Assembly (NCBI GenBank): GCA_965223705.1
Contig: OZ245015.1
Location: forward strand, 4,384,001 to 4,448,000
DNA from: Myxococcota bacterium
Lineage (GTDB): Bacteria > Myxococcota_A > UBA9160 > UBA6930
Direction of reading: 5' to 3'
Length of the DNA stretch: 64,000 nucleotides
Each line of letters opens with the position of its first letter. The stretch's first letter is position 1. Under the pieces are notes generated by a model. It was not told the origin of the DNA. It worked only from the letters and a program-made list of their open reading frames with translations, and did no database searches. Below are positions 7,634-16,981 of the stretch, piece after piece. Position numbers and translations under genes: made by a program.

Positions 7634-9714
7634 GGGTTGAGCTTCTCGGATGCGTCCTTCTCGTCGTGATCGGGGGCCGGGGATCCGGCCGTTCCATCGA
7701 GCAGCGCGCGGATTCGCTGCGCCAGCTCCGAGGCGGTAAATGGCTTTGCCAAGAACCCGGTGTCCGGACGGTCGATTGAGGTAGGCCAGAGAGCCTCTCC
7801 GTCGTGCCCCGAAACGAACAACACCGGGAGGTCATTCCGGATATCGCGAACCGCCGACGCCAGCTGAGGGCCCGACATCGCAGGGAGGGCGACGTCGGTG
7901 AGCAGAAGATCCACCGCGTCGGGCGCGTCGCTGAAGGATTCGAGAGCCGGCTCCGCGGCGTCTTCAAAAAGCGACTTGTATCCCAAGTCGGCCAGACGCT
8001 GGACCAGGAGATCGCGAACGGTGCGATCGTCTTCCACGAGCAAGATCGTCTCGCCGGAACCGCGCGGGACCGCGGTATCCACCGCTCGGACGACCGAGGT
8101 AGCGGCGTCGAGCTGCCTGGGAAGGTAAACCTCGACGACGGTGCCCTCGCCCTTTGCCGTTCGAAGCGCGACCGCCCCGTGGCTCTGCTCGACGATTCCG
8201 TACACCGACGCCAAGCCGAGACCGTTCCCACCCCGGTCGCGCTTGGTCGTGAAGAAGGGTTCGAAAGCTCGGGCTTTCGTAGTCTCGTCCATCCCGATTC
8301 CGTCGTCGGCGACCTCAAGGCAGACGTAGTCCCCAGGCGGGATCCCCAGACTGGCTCCCCGATCCGCGTCCACCGGTGCATTGCGACAAGACAGATGAAT
8401 CGAGCCGCCGGATTGGGTGGCGTCGCGGGCGTTGGCAACGAGGTTCAAGACAATTTGTTCGAGCTGACTGATATCGACCTCGATGGTTCCGAGCTCGTCT
8501 TCTGGCTGGGTGATGGTCAGGCGGCGGTTCCCGAGCGCCGCCAGCATCGACTCGCGTTCGGCGAGAAACACGTCGAGGCGTACCGGGGTGAGTTCTCGCG
8601 ACTGCTGCTGTCCGAACTCGAGGAGGCGATTGGTGAGATCCCGAGCGCTATCTACCGCACGCCGAATCTCGGCACTCGCCCGGGGATTCATCGGCGCCTC
8701 GGCGTAGCTGCCGATCACGGTCAGGAGGTTGTTGAAATCGTGGGCCATGCCCCCGGCGAGCGTCCCCAAGCTCTTGAGGCGCTGGGCGTCGATCAGCTGA
8801 TTGCGCTCGTTCTTCTCGCGCGTAATGTCGCGCAGCCCGACCGCCCGCCGGAATCCGCCGCTCGCACTCTCGTAGGCCCGAAACAAATTCGCTTCGACCC
8901 AAACCCAGTGGCCATTGCGATGGCGAATGCGAAATTCGGTGCGCGCGCTGTCCTCCGCTTCGTAGGCCGCGCGAACGAGGCGCCCGATAGAGGGAAGATC
9001 GTCCGGGTGCAGGAACTCGCGGGCTCGCCAGTTACGCTGGGCGAGTTCCTCGGGCGCGTAACCCGCCAGCTCACCGACGTTGGGGCTCGAGTGGGTCATC
9101 GCGTCCAACGGATCGCCCCGGGTGGCTTTGAACTCGAGAATGTGAAGCGGACCCTCGGCAATGCTCTGGAACCGCTTTCGGTGGTCCGCCAGTGCTTCGC
9201 GCTCGGCGAGCATAAACGTCTCGGCCGCGAGGAGAGCGATGCATTGGCACCCGACGATCGCGATGGGAGCCAAGTGCTCCGCGACCGACAGGTTCGCCAA
9301 CCCTTCAGATCCGGCGACGAGAGCGAGGGCGATCAGTGCCATGACGGTCCACCGAAGCACACCGCCCGGAGCCGACAGCAGGAGGGCCGCCACGGGAACC
9401 ATCACCAACACGTAAAGCGACGGCTGACCGGTGGCGACATTGTGACCGGTCACAATCACGGTAAATGCGGCCAGAAAGAGCGTCGTCGCGCGATCCAGCG
9501 GGAGGAACCAAAAGCAGACGACGAGCGGGACCAAGGCGAGCCGCATCAAGAAGCTGGGGAGAGCGTCTTCGGGCTGGACGATGAGCGGCGCGAGAAGCAC
9601 GGAGCTCAAGACCCAGACGCCGAATGCCACGAACAGCGTCCGTGCGCGCCGCTGCTCATCGGGGTCGGCGGTCCGATGAGCCCGCGGCAGGAGGCGATCA
9701 ATCCAGGCGACCAT
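7630..9714 (-). CDS. Membrane-anchored hybrid histidine kinase (multi-TM, PAS, HisKA, HATPase, REC)
   Basis: AHDFNNLL, NARDA, FEPFFTTK, receiver LLVEDD/TDVALPAMSG; hydrophobic N-terminus. Confidence 0.92.
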   Translation of the reverse strand: MVAWIDRLLPRAHRTADPDEQRRARTLFVAFGVWVLSSVLLAPLIVQPEDALPSFLMRLALVPLVVCFWFLPLDRATTLFLAAFTVIVTGHNVATGQPSLYVLVMVPVAALLLSAPGGVLRWTVMALIALALVAGSEGLANLSVAEHLAPIAIVGCQCIALLAAETFMLAEREALADHRKRFQSIAEGPLHILEFKATRGDPLDAMTHSSPNVGELAGYAPEELAQRNWRAREFLHPDDLPSIGRLVRAAYEAEDSARTEFRIRHRNGHWVWVEANLFRAYESASGGFRRAVGLRDITREKNERNQLIDAQRLKSLGTLAGGMAHDFNNLLTVIGSYAEAPMNPRASAEIRRAVDSARDLTNRLLEFGQQQSRELTPVRLDVFLAERESMLAALGNRRLTITQPEDELGTIEVDISQLEQIVLNLVANARDATQSGGSIHLSCRNAPVDADRGASLGIPPGDYVCLEVADDGIGMDETTKARAFEPFFTTKRDRGGNGLGLASVYGIVEQSHGAVALRTAKGEGTVVEVYLPRQLDAATSVVRAVDTAVPRGSGETILLVEDDRTVRDLLVQRLADLGYKSLFEDAAEPALESFSDAPDAVDLLLTDVALPAMSGPQLASAVRDIRNDLPVLFVSGHDGEALWPTSIDRPDTGFLAKPFTASELAQRIRALLDGTAGSPAPDHDEKDASEKLNP

Positions 9715-9718
9715 ACCG

Positions 9719-10528
9719 TTAGATTAGCTCGTCGCCGTGGCTGCCCGCGGTGCCGCGAAAGACACCCCGTGCGGGCAGGGCGAGGATCTCGAAGGTATTC
9801 AAGGAGCGACCAATGCCGGGAAGTCCCGTATCGATGCGAGAGACCGACGTGCTCTCGCCGAAAGAGCCAAGCCAGCGGTCCCAGATCGAGAAAATGGTGC
9901 CGTAGTTCGTATTCAGCAGCAGATTCTCACGGCTGTGGTGCCGACGGTGAAGCGCGGGCGTCACAATCATACGCGAGAGAATCCGTTCGAGCCTTGCGGG
10001 CAGGTTGATGTTTCCATGCTCCCAAAGGTTGGCCAGGCCGAAGAGCAACTCGAAGGCCAAGATTCCTGAAACGGGAGCGCCGAGGGCCGCGACGGCAAAG
10101 AGGCGCAGAGGAAGCGCAAGCAAGAGCTCGCCTGGGTGGAAGCGAAGGGCCGTCGTGACGGTGTAAGCCGGGTCCGAATGGTGCGCTTGGTGAAAGCGCC
10201 ACAACAACGTCACTTGGTGGTTGGCCCGATGCCAGGCGTACGAAACAAAGTCGATGCCGACGATTGTGACCACTACCCCGAGCCAGGAAGGCGCGGCGCC
10301 TTGATTGAGGAGACCGAAGCCCGCACGGCTTGCCCAGTCTGACGCGGCGCAGGCGCATCCCGCGCAAACGGCTCCAAGAATGATCGTGTTAAGGGCCCCC
10401 AATCCACCGTTTGCTCGCCAGCTGCCGAGGAGCACGCGGTGCGGTCGCATGTGTTGCAAGCCCACTGCCGACGCAAATGCGAACCCGAGACCAATCGACT
10501 TCGCGATCTGGTACTCCGCCTCGGTCAT
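9719..10528 (-). CDS. Sterol desaturase / fatty acid hydroxylase family protein
   Basis: His boxes HRANH, HQAHH, HRRHH; NYGTIFSIWDR; TM segments. Confidence 0.88.
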   Translation of the reverse strand: MTEAEYQIAKSIGLGFAFASAVGLQHMRPHRVLLGSWRANGGLGALNTIILGAVCAGCACAASDWASRAGFGLLNQGAAPSWLGVVVTIVGIDFVSYAWHRANHQVTLLWRFHQAHHSDPAYTVTTALRFHPGELLLALPLRLFAVAALGAPVSGILAFELLFGLANLWEHGNINLPARLERILSRMIVTPALHRRHHSRENLLLNTNYGTIFSIWDRWLGSFGESTSVSRIDTGLPGIGRSLNTFEILALPARGVFRGTAGSHGDELI

Positions 10529-10572
10529 AGGCGGCTTAGGGTACTCGATTTCGTGTAGGATCAATCAGCCGG

Positions 10573-12228
10573 CTAGCAGCACCCCGAGGAGCACGATGCC
10601 GCGCTCGGTCGGTACGAGCGCTCGGACACTCCGGAAGAGCCGCCCAACTCGCTCGCCGTCGGAGCGCTTGCTGTCGCAGTGCTCGCGCGCTTTCCGTGGC
10701 CCGCCGTCTCGACGCCTCGCGTCGCGATGTGGAAGTCACTGTCGCCGACCGAAAAGTCGATTTCGATAGCGTCATCGCCTACCGAACGCCAACGGGGGTA
10801 GGGTTCATCCTCACAGAAAACCCGAACGTTACGAGCCGACGCCAGCTGAGTCACGCGGAACGAGGAATCGCTTCCGCGTTTTGAAGGCGTCGCCGCATAC
10901 GTGGTCACGTGAAGCTCGCCAGTCTCGTGTTCGTTCCACGCGCGAGAAATACCGACGGTCGGATAGTCGACTCCCTCGAGCGTGGGCTCCTGGAACCGAC
11001 GCGCATGGTCTGGATTGTTGAAGACCCGCCGCCAGGAGCCCGGTTCGCCCGCTTCACTGAGCATCAGAAGAGAAGCGAGCTGTCCGCGGGGCCAGTCTTC
11101 TCCCGTTCCGAACCAGTACCCGAAGCGGGAATTGTCCTCCCCGAACTGACGCGGTTCCGAAATTCGATCGATGCACTCGGCCAAGCGTTTCTCAGTGGTG
11201 TCGTCGCCCACTTCTCGTGCGACAAGATGGCCGATTACCAGCAAGCGCGGGTCGAGCGATGCGAGCACCGGCTTGGCCGGATCACTCCAACCCACCAAGC
11301 GCGCGCCTTCTCGGTACAGAAACTCACCGAACTCCGGGTGTTGCGGCAACACGTAGGGTGTGATCAGCAAAGCGGCGAGCCCGGAGGCCTGCCCTGGGAA
11401 CTGGCAGAGAACTTCTTCGAGGGGGTCGTAGTAGAGCGGAAAAGAAGCGAGCCCACCCTTCGAATCGAGCTTCAGGTAATGCGCCTTTGCGAACTCGACC
11501 CAATCGTCGTAGACACCGTGGAAAGCATTGCCCGAAACCTGATCGTAGAGTTTGAGACCCAACCCGGCCGACGAGACACAGGCGGGCCAGATCTTCGTGT
11601 TCTCGCAGTGCGGCCCCTGCGGTCGATCCTTCCACTGCGCGTTCAAGAACTCGGCGATCCGATAGTGCGTCCACTCGAAGGTCTGCTCGCGATAACCGGC
11701 GACCCGAAACGGCGCTTCCCATTTTTCATCGCCCGCGACGTAGCGGTAGATCGACAACAGCAGGTTGAACCAACCGCGAAAGAACAGGTTTCCGTCGGAG
11801 CCGATGGGGTCGGGCTGAAGCCCCCACGGTTCGACGCCGTTGCCCGTCCAGCCGGGCGGGTCGTACCGGCCCTGCAAGTGCGGGGGTAGGTACGCCAACC
11901 ACTCCGGCGGGTAGTCGGCTTGATGCGGGTCGTGACCGATCAACGTGAGCCAATCAACGGCGGCCCAGAAACTCGTGTGCCGGCCGACCAGCTCGTCGGC
12001 GATTCGGGTGTACACCTCGCGCCACGCGGGCGTTCGATCGGCGAGGACGGGAAGGATGTAGCTCGTCTCCGCGAGATCGAAGCGCGGGAAGCTGCACATC
12101 GGCGCCGTGCTCGTCTGATCCCACCAAGGATGAGGCGAACCCTCGGTCGACCAATCGTCTTCCGTTGTCGCTTTGTCCCATAGAAAGCGGAGCCAGCCCT
12201 GAACGCGAGGCGCGATCGCTTCGACCAT
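10573..12228 (-). CDS. Linalool dehydratase/isomerase-like protein with C-terminal extension
   Basis: DPIGSDGNLFFRGWFNLLLSIYRYVAG and CENTKIWPAC align with the LinD motifs [26 protein letters not shown] and CEPDNYFVQC (recalled from memory); ATG overlaps the upstream TGA. Confidence 0.72.
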   Translation of the reverse strand: MVEAIAPRVQGWLRFLWDKATTEDDWSTEGSPHPWWDQTSTAPMCSFPRFDLAETSYILPVLADRTPAWREVYTRIADELVGRHTSFWAAVDWLTLIGHDPHQADYPPEWLAYLPPHLQGRYDPPGWTGNGVEPWGLQPDPIGSDGNLFFRGWFNLLLSIYRYVAGDEKWEAPFRVAGYREQTFEWTHYRIAEFLNAQWKDRPQGPHCENTKIWPACVSSAGLGLKLYDQVSGNAFHGVYDDWVEFAKAHYLKLDSKGGLASFPLYYDPLEEVLCQFPGQASGLAALLITPYVLPQHPEFGEFLYREGARLVGWSDPAKPVLASLDPRLLVIGHLVAREVGDDTTEKRLAECIDRISEPRQFGEDNSRFGYWFGTGEDWPRGQLASLLMLSEAGEPGSWRRVFNNPDHARRFQEPTLEGVDYPTVGISRAWNEHETGELHVTTYAATPSKRGSDSSFRVTQLASARNVRVFCEDEPYPRWRSVGDDAIEIDFSVGDSDFHIATRGVETAGHGKRASTATASAPTASELGGSSGVSERSYRPSAASCSSGCC

Positions 12229-12788
12229 CAATACTCCGGTGCCCGCTGACCCGCGGCGACCCGAATCAACAAGAGCTTCGCTCGTTGCCGAGCCGCCGCC
12301 GACCAATTCGGATCGAGATCCGCCGCTGCCGCTTCTCGCGTGATCGACCGCGCAGCTTCGATGTCGTCACGCGGCCGGACGTACGCGCCGGGAAAGCGAT
12401 CCGGCTGCCGACGAAGCCGGGCCAACGGATTGGCCGCATCGATTCTCCCGAGGAACCACACGAAGAGCATCAGGTTGCCGTCGAGCCGGGCTGCTTTTCG
12501 CGACATCCCGTCGAGCAAGCGCTCGATGCCCTTCGAGGAGAGAAGAACCGCGAGCGCGTCGGAAGACGTTTTGAACCAGAGCCGCAAATCGGAATCGGAA
12601 GCGGCCCCCGACTCCGACACCATGGCCCGCGACACACTGCGGAACTGGCGAGCCACGCCGTCGTCTGTCTCGATCGTCACAGTCCGATCGGCGGAGAGCG
12701 CCGCGCGAAACGCGGGGCGGCTGCGACTCGCGTGCGTCAACAGCGCCCCGAGGGCGAAGAGCAGCGATCTGAGGACGAGACGGGCCAT
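12228..12788 (-). CDS. SCP2/sterol-carrier-like domain protein
   Basis: 'VTIETDDGVARQF...SDLRLWFK...ARLDGNLMLFVWF' pattern typical of SCP2-like folds. Confidence 0.5.
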   Translation of the reverse strand: MARLVLRSLLFALGALLTHASRSRPAFRAALSADRTVTIETDDGVARQFRSVSRAMVSESGAASDSDLRLWFKTSSDALAVLLSSKGIERLLDGMSRKAARLDGNLMLFVWFLGRIDAANPLARLRRQPDRFPGAYVRPRDDIEAARSITREAAAADLDPNWSAAARQRAKLLLIRVAAGQRAPEY

Positions 12789-12821
12789 ACCGTATGTTGA
12801 CAGAGGCGCCGTCGGTGCGCC

Positions 12822-13604
12822 TCACCCCATCAACCCGGGGTTCGCGCCACCGTCGATGGTGATGTTGGCGCCGTGGATAAAAGCGGCTCGAGGCGAAGCG
12901 AGAAACAGGGCGAGATCCGCCACTTCTTTCGGTTCGCCCGCGCGCCCGAGTGGTGTCATATTGCGGAGCGTTTCTTCGCGTGAGCCCCCGCCCGGCGCCA
13001 ACGTGTCGAGAAACAGCAGAAGCCGCTCGGTCAAGATCGGCCCGGGATTGATCCCCACCACGCGGACCGACGCTTCTGCCCCCTCGTCCGCCAGCGCTTT
13101 CGTAAAGTGATTGAGGGCAGCGTTCGCGGCGCCTCCCACCATGTACCCGGCAACCGGCCGCAATCCGCCGGTTCCGATCACATTCACGATCACGCCCCCT
13201 CCCTGTGTCTTCATGATGGGGAGCACGGCTCGCGCCATCCGCATGTAGCCGAAGAACTTGAGCGTCCAATCTTCGAGCCACGCTTCATCGGTAATCTCGA
13301 GAAAGCTTCCAGGTCGTGCGCTGCCGGCGTTGTTAATCAGAATGTCGATGCTACCGAAGCGGTCCCGAACGCTTTCGGCGACCCGGAGAATGTCGGCACC
13401 TTGTGTGAGATCCGCCGCGATACCCAACATGTTGTCGCGACCGCGGCCCGGTGCAGCGGCGATCGTTTCGTCGATCCCCTCCTGCCCGCGGGCGCAAATC
13501 GCGACCGACGCGCCTTCTTCGACGAATCCCCATGCCGTAGCGCGTCCTATTCCTTGACTCCCGCCGGTGACGAGCACCACTTTGCCTTCGAGACCGAGTT
13601 GCAT
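12822..13604 (-). CDS. Short-chain dehydrogenase/reductase
   Basis: TGGSQGIG, NNAG, GINPGPILT, IDGG; AGGAGG RBS. Confidence 0.93.
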   Translation of the reverse strand: MQLGLEGKVVLVTGGSQGIGRATAWGFVEEGASVAICARGQEGIDETIAAAPGRGRDNMLGIAADLTQGADILRVAESVRDRFGSIDILINNAGSARPGSFLEITDEAWLEDWTLKFFGYMRMARAVLPIMKTQGGGVIVNVIGTGGLRPVAGYMVGGAANAALNHFTKALADEGAEASVRVVGINPGPILTERLLLFLDTLAPGGGSREETLRNMTPLGRAGEPKEVADLALFLASPRAAFIHGANITIDGGANPGLMG

Positions 13605-13670
13605 ACGTCCTCCTAAACGCTCGCGCCCCACCGCGCGCTATGCTTTAACGCAGCGACCAGGGAGATCACA

Positions 13671-14183
13671 ATGCCGCTCCGATTCGCCGAAGGCGACGTT
13701 TTTCCCGAATTCGAACTCGAGGATCACCGAGGTCAAAAGATCACGTGCGATTCCCTGATGGATGGCAAGCCGACGATCCTCGTTTTCTTCCGCGGCCCTT
13801 GGTGACCCAAGTGACAGGTCCAACTGCAGGAACTGGTCGAGTTCCACCGTCGCACCGCTGTCGCCTACTGCCAAATCGCCGCTATCTCGGTCGATCCGCC
13901 CCGAGTTTTAGAAGCGTTTCGCGCCGGCCTGGGCGCGCCTTTCACGTTCCTGTCGGATCAAGAGCTCACGCTTACCGACGCCCTCGGGATTCGCGAAACC
14001 ACGGATCAACGCCACGGGCCTCTGCCCGTCCCGATGACCTTTGCCCTGCTGCCAGACCGACAAATTCATCGGGTCTTCAACGGTTGGTATTTCGTCGGGC
14101 GCCCGACTCCTGAGGAACTCCGCCAGACGATTCGTCAGCTGGTGGATGCAACGGTTTCTGATCTGGATTTTCGAGGCGACTAG
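13671..14183 (+). CDS. Peroxiredoxin-like (AhpC/TSA/redoxin) selenoprotein with UxxU motif (Sec at codons 45 and 48)
   Basis: GGAG RBS and ATG at 13671; MPLRFAEGDVFPEFELEDHRG...TILVFFRGPW*PK*QVQLQEL...AISVD...FTFLSD...PMTFAL...NGWYFVGRPTPEELR; both TGA (13803, 13812) sit at the CxxC positions; hairpin GGAACT-GGTCG-AGTTCC downstream. Confidence 0.85.
13829..13845 (+). promoter_or_regulatory. Candidate bacterial SECIS hairpin
   Basis: 6-bp stem GGAACT/AGTTCC; loop GGTCG begins with G, 20 nt after the second UGA and 29 nt after the first. Confidence 0.6.
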
Positions 14184-14215
14184 TTCGCCCGTTCCGAACG
14201 CAACGAGGAGCTCTC

Positions 14216-14632
14216 ATGGCGAATCGATCGATGACGGGGAGATGTCTATGCGGCGCTGTGACGTTCTCAGCCGAAGACGTCGAGCCGCATATTCACGCGT
14301 GCCACTGTGGCATGTGCCGACGCTGGTCCGGCGGTCCGGGCATGGCCGTCTCGGTGGGTTCGATCTCCTTCACCGGCGCAGACGAGCTCAGAACCTACGA
14401 CTCGTCGGAATGGGCGGAGCGCGGATTCTGCGGCGTGTGTGGCAGCAACCTCTTCTACAGGCTGAAAGAACAGGATCGGTACGTGGTTTGGAACGGCGCG
14501 CTGGATGATCCGACAGACTTTGAGCTCACCGGCGAGATCTACATCGATGAAAAACCGAGCTCCTACGATTTCGCCGGAGACCACCCGCGTCTCACCGGGC
14601 AAGAATTCTTGAAATCGGTGGGCATGGCCTGA
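14216..14632 (+). CDS. GFA family (Mss4-like, Zn-binding) protein
   Basis: GRCLCGAV, HACHCGMCRR, RGFCGVCGSNLF. Confidence 0.9.
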   Translation: MANRSMTGRCLCGAVTFSAEDVEPHIHACHCGMCRRWSGGPGMAVSVGSISFTGADELRTYDSSEWAERGFCGVCGSNLFYRLKEQDRYVVWNGALDDPTDFELTGEIYIDEKPSSYDFAGDHPRLTGQEFLKSVGMA

Positions 14633-14680
14633 CTCGACGCTGGTAGCACCCAGTAGCAGACTCCGAGTACCTTCCTCGCC

Positions 14681-16981
14681 ATGAAAAGCAGCGCCCTCGT
14701 CACGCACTGGGGTCCGTTCGTCGTGGAAGCCGACGGAGACCGCGTCGTCTCGGTCCGCGGGCACGCTTCGGATCCCGACCCGTCGCCGATCGGTCAGTCT
14801 CTTCAACAAGCGACGGATTGCCGCGTCGAACGGCCGTCGATCCGACGCTCTTGGCTCGAAGACGGGCCCGGCGCGCGCACGGAACTACGCGGACGCGAGC
14901 CCTTTGTCGAGGTCAGCTGGAACGAGGCACTCGATCTCGTCGCGGGCGAGCTCGCGAGAGTTCGCGACGTCTACGGCCATACGTCGATCTACGGGGGGTC
15001 CTACGGCTGGTCGTCCGCGGGCCGCTTCCACATGTCCTCGGGCCAGATCACGCGTTTCTTCCGCATGTTCGGTGGCTGCACCGATGCGTGGGGGACGTAC
15101 TCTTCGTCCGCCGCGTCGGGGATCATTCCGTATGTCTTGGGGATCTCGTACCTGCAGGGCGTCGCCCAGCAGAGCTCGTGGTCGACGATTGCGGAGCACA
15201 CGGATCTCTTCGTGAGCTTCGGTGGATTGCGACTCACGAACACGCACGTGACGTACGGTGGCCAGGGACCCCATCACACGCGTGAATGGCTCATGCGTGC
15301 GCGCGATTCCGGTGTTTCGTTTCTCAACATCGGCCCGTTGCGGGACGATTTCGAGCCCGACCTCGGCGCGCGGTGGGTCCATCCGATCCCCGGCACGGAC
15401 GTCGCACTCATGGCGGCGCTTATTCACGCGTTGGTCGACGAGGGTCTCGCCGACCGCGCGTTTCTTCTCCGCCATTGCGTCGGCTGGGAACGTCTCGAGG
15501 CCTACATCCTGGGCACAACCGATGGAACGGCGAAAACCGCCGAATGGGCAGCAGCGATTACGGGGCTCGAAGCCGACGCGATTCGCGAGCTCGCACACGA
15601 AATGGCGAGCCGTCGGACGCTGATCAACCTCACCCTCGCCGTGCAGCGACAGGACCACGGGGAACAGAGCTATTGGATGGGCATCGCACTGGCCGCGGCT
15701 CTCGGCCAGGTCGGGCTCTCGGGCGGTGGGGTTGCGTTCACTTTCGGCGCCGCTGGCAATGTCGGAGCGGGTCAGACCCGCGCACGCGTGCCGGGGCTCC
15801 CGGTGCCCAAACCGGTTCCCGACATGACGACGATTTCGGTATCGCGCGTGGCGGAACTTCTGGAAGCGAATGGTGAGACCTTCCGCTGGAACGGTCGAGA
15901 AGACGTCTACCCGGACACCCGCCTCGTGTACTGGTGCGGCGGAAACGTGTTCCATCACCACCAAGATCTGAACCGCCTCCTTCGAGCGTGGCAACGCCCC
16001 GAGACGATCGTCGTTCACGAACCGTTCTGGACGCCCACCGCGAAACGCGCCGACGTCGTCTTCCCTGCGACGACGCCGCTCGAGCGCAGTGACCTCGGAG
16101 GTGGCGAAACCTTGCTGGCGCTGTCGCAACCCGTGCTCGAGCCGTATGGCGAAGCGCGTGACGACTACGCGATTTTTCACGGCCTCGCCGACCGGCTGGG
16201 TTTCGGAGAAACGTTCTCCGAAGGGCGGACCGCCGAAGAGTGGGTACGCCACCTCTACGAAGAATTTCGCAGCAACAACGAAGCCGCTCCGCCTCTCGAG
16301 CTGGCGCGCGAACAAGGCACGTTGCAGCACCGACATATGGCGCGGATGGGGGAGCCCTCACAGACCTTCCTCTCCGCCTTCCGCGCCGACCCGATCGCGA
16401 ACCCGCTCCCCACGCCGTCGGGTCGGATCGAGCTCTATTCCGAGACGATCGCCGGCTTCGGTTACGCCGATTGTCCCGGGCACCCCATCTGGCTTGAACC
16501 CTACGAACGGTTGGGTACGCCCGCCGCGGAACGTTTCCCGCTCCACCTGATCTCCAACCAACCAGCCGGGAGGTTGCACGGCCAGTACGACCACGGCGAG
16601 GTCAGCCAAGCGACGAAGGTCGCGGGCCGCGAGCCATGCCGCCTCCACCCGGATGACGCCGGTGCCCGCGGCATTCGAGACGGCGACGTCGTTCGTCTGT
16701 GGAACGACCGCGGCGCCTGCCTTGCCGGAGCGGTGCTGTCCGATGCTTTGATGCCAGGCGTTGTGCAGCTCAGTACCGGCGCGTGGTTTGACCCCGATGA
16801 GACAGGGCTTTGCAAACACGGAAACCCCAACGTTCTGACGCGCGACAAGGGCACCTCAAAGCTTTCTGAAGGCCCGAGCGCGCACACGTGCCTTGTGGAG
16901 GTCGAGCGTTTCGACGGCGACGTCCCGGCTGTGACGGCGTTCGATCCGCCCGCGTTTGCGAAGCGTTCCGCCCGACCGTGA
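14681..16981 (+). CDS. Cytoplasmic molybdopterin S/N-oxide reductase (BisC/DMSO reductase family)
   Basis: THWGPF, GGSYGWSSAGRFH, GTYS (Ser ligand), YWCGGNVFHHHQDLN, GAWFDP, HGNPNVLT; no Tat signal. Confidence 0.9.
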   Translation: MKSSALVTHWGPFVVEADGDRVVSVRGHASDPDPSPIGQSLQQATDCRVERPSIRRSWLEDGPGARTELRGREPFVEVSWNEALDLVAGELARVRDVYGHTSIYGGSYGWSSAGRFHMSSGQITRFFRMFGGCTDAWGTYSSSAASGIIPYVLGISYLQGVAQQSSWSTIAEHTDLFVSFGGLRLTNTHVTYGGQGPHHTREWLMRARDSGVSFLNIGPLRDDFEPDLGARWVHPIPGTDVALMAALIHALVDEGLADRAFLLRHCVGWERLEAYILGTTDGTAKTAEWAAAITGLEADAIRELAHEMASRRTLINLTLAVQRQDHGEQSYWMGIALAAALGQVGLSGGGVAFTFGAAGNVGAGQTRARVPGLPVPKPVPDMTTISVSRVAELLEANGETFRWNGREDVYPDTRLVYWCGGNVFHHHQDLNRLLRAWQRPETIVVHEPFWTPTAKRADVVFPATTPLERSDLGGGETLLALSQPVLEPYGEARDDYAIFHGLADRLGFGETFSEGRTAEEWVRHLYEEFRSNNEAAPPLELAREQGTLQHRHMARMGEPSQTFLSAFRADPIANPLPTPSGRIELYSETIAGFGYADCPGHPIWLEPYERLGTPAAERFPLHLISNQPAGRLHGQYDHGEVSQATKVAGREPCRLHPDDAGARGIRDGDVVRLWNDRGACLAGAVLSDALMPGVVQLSTGAWFDPDETGLCKHGNPNVLTRDKGTSKLSEGPSAHTCLVEVERFDGDVPAVTAFDPPAFAKRSARP

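Noticed and set aside
7804..10008. Long antisense and alternative-frame ORFs (also 14885..16336, 34494..35831, 51116..52690, 59868..61709)
   Set aside because: Shadow ORFs of well-supported genes in GC-rich DNA; no recognisable motifs
13671..14183. Interpretation as a pseudogene with two nonsense mutations, or as UGA=Trp recoding
   Set aside because: Both TGAs fall at the redox Cys positions with a SECIS-like hairpin downstream; TGA is a normal stop for many other genes here; Trp is encoded by TGG in the adjacent codon
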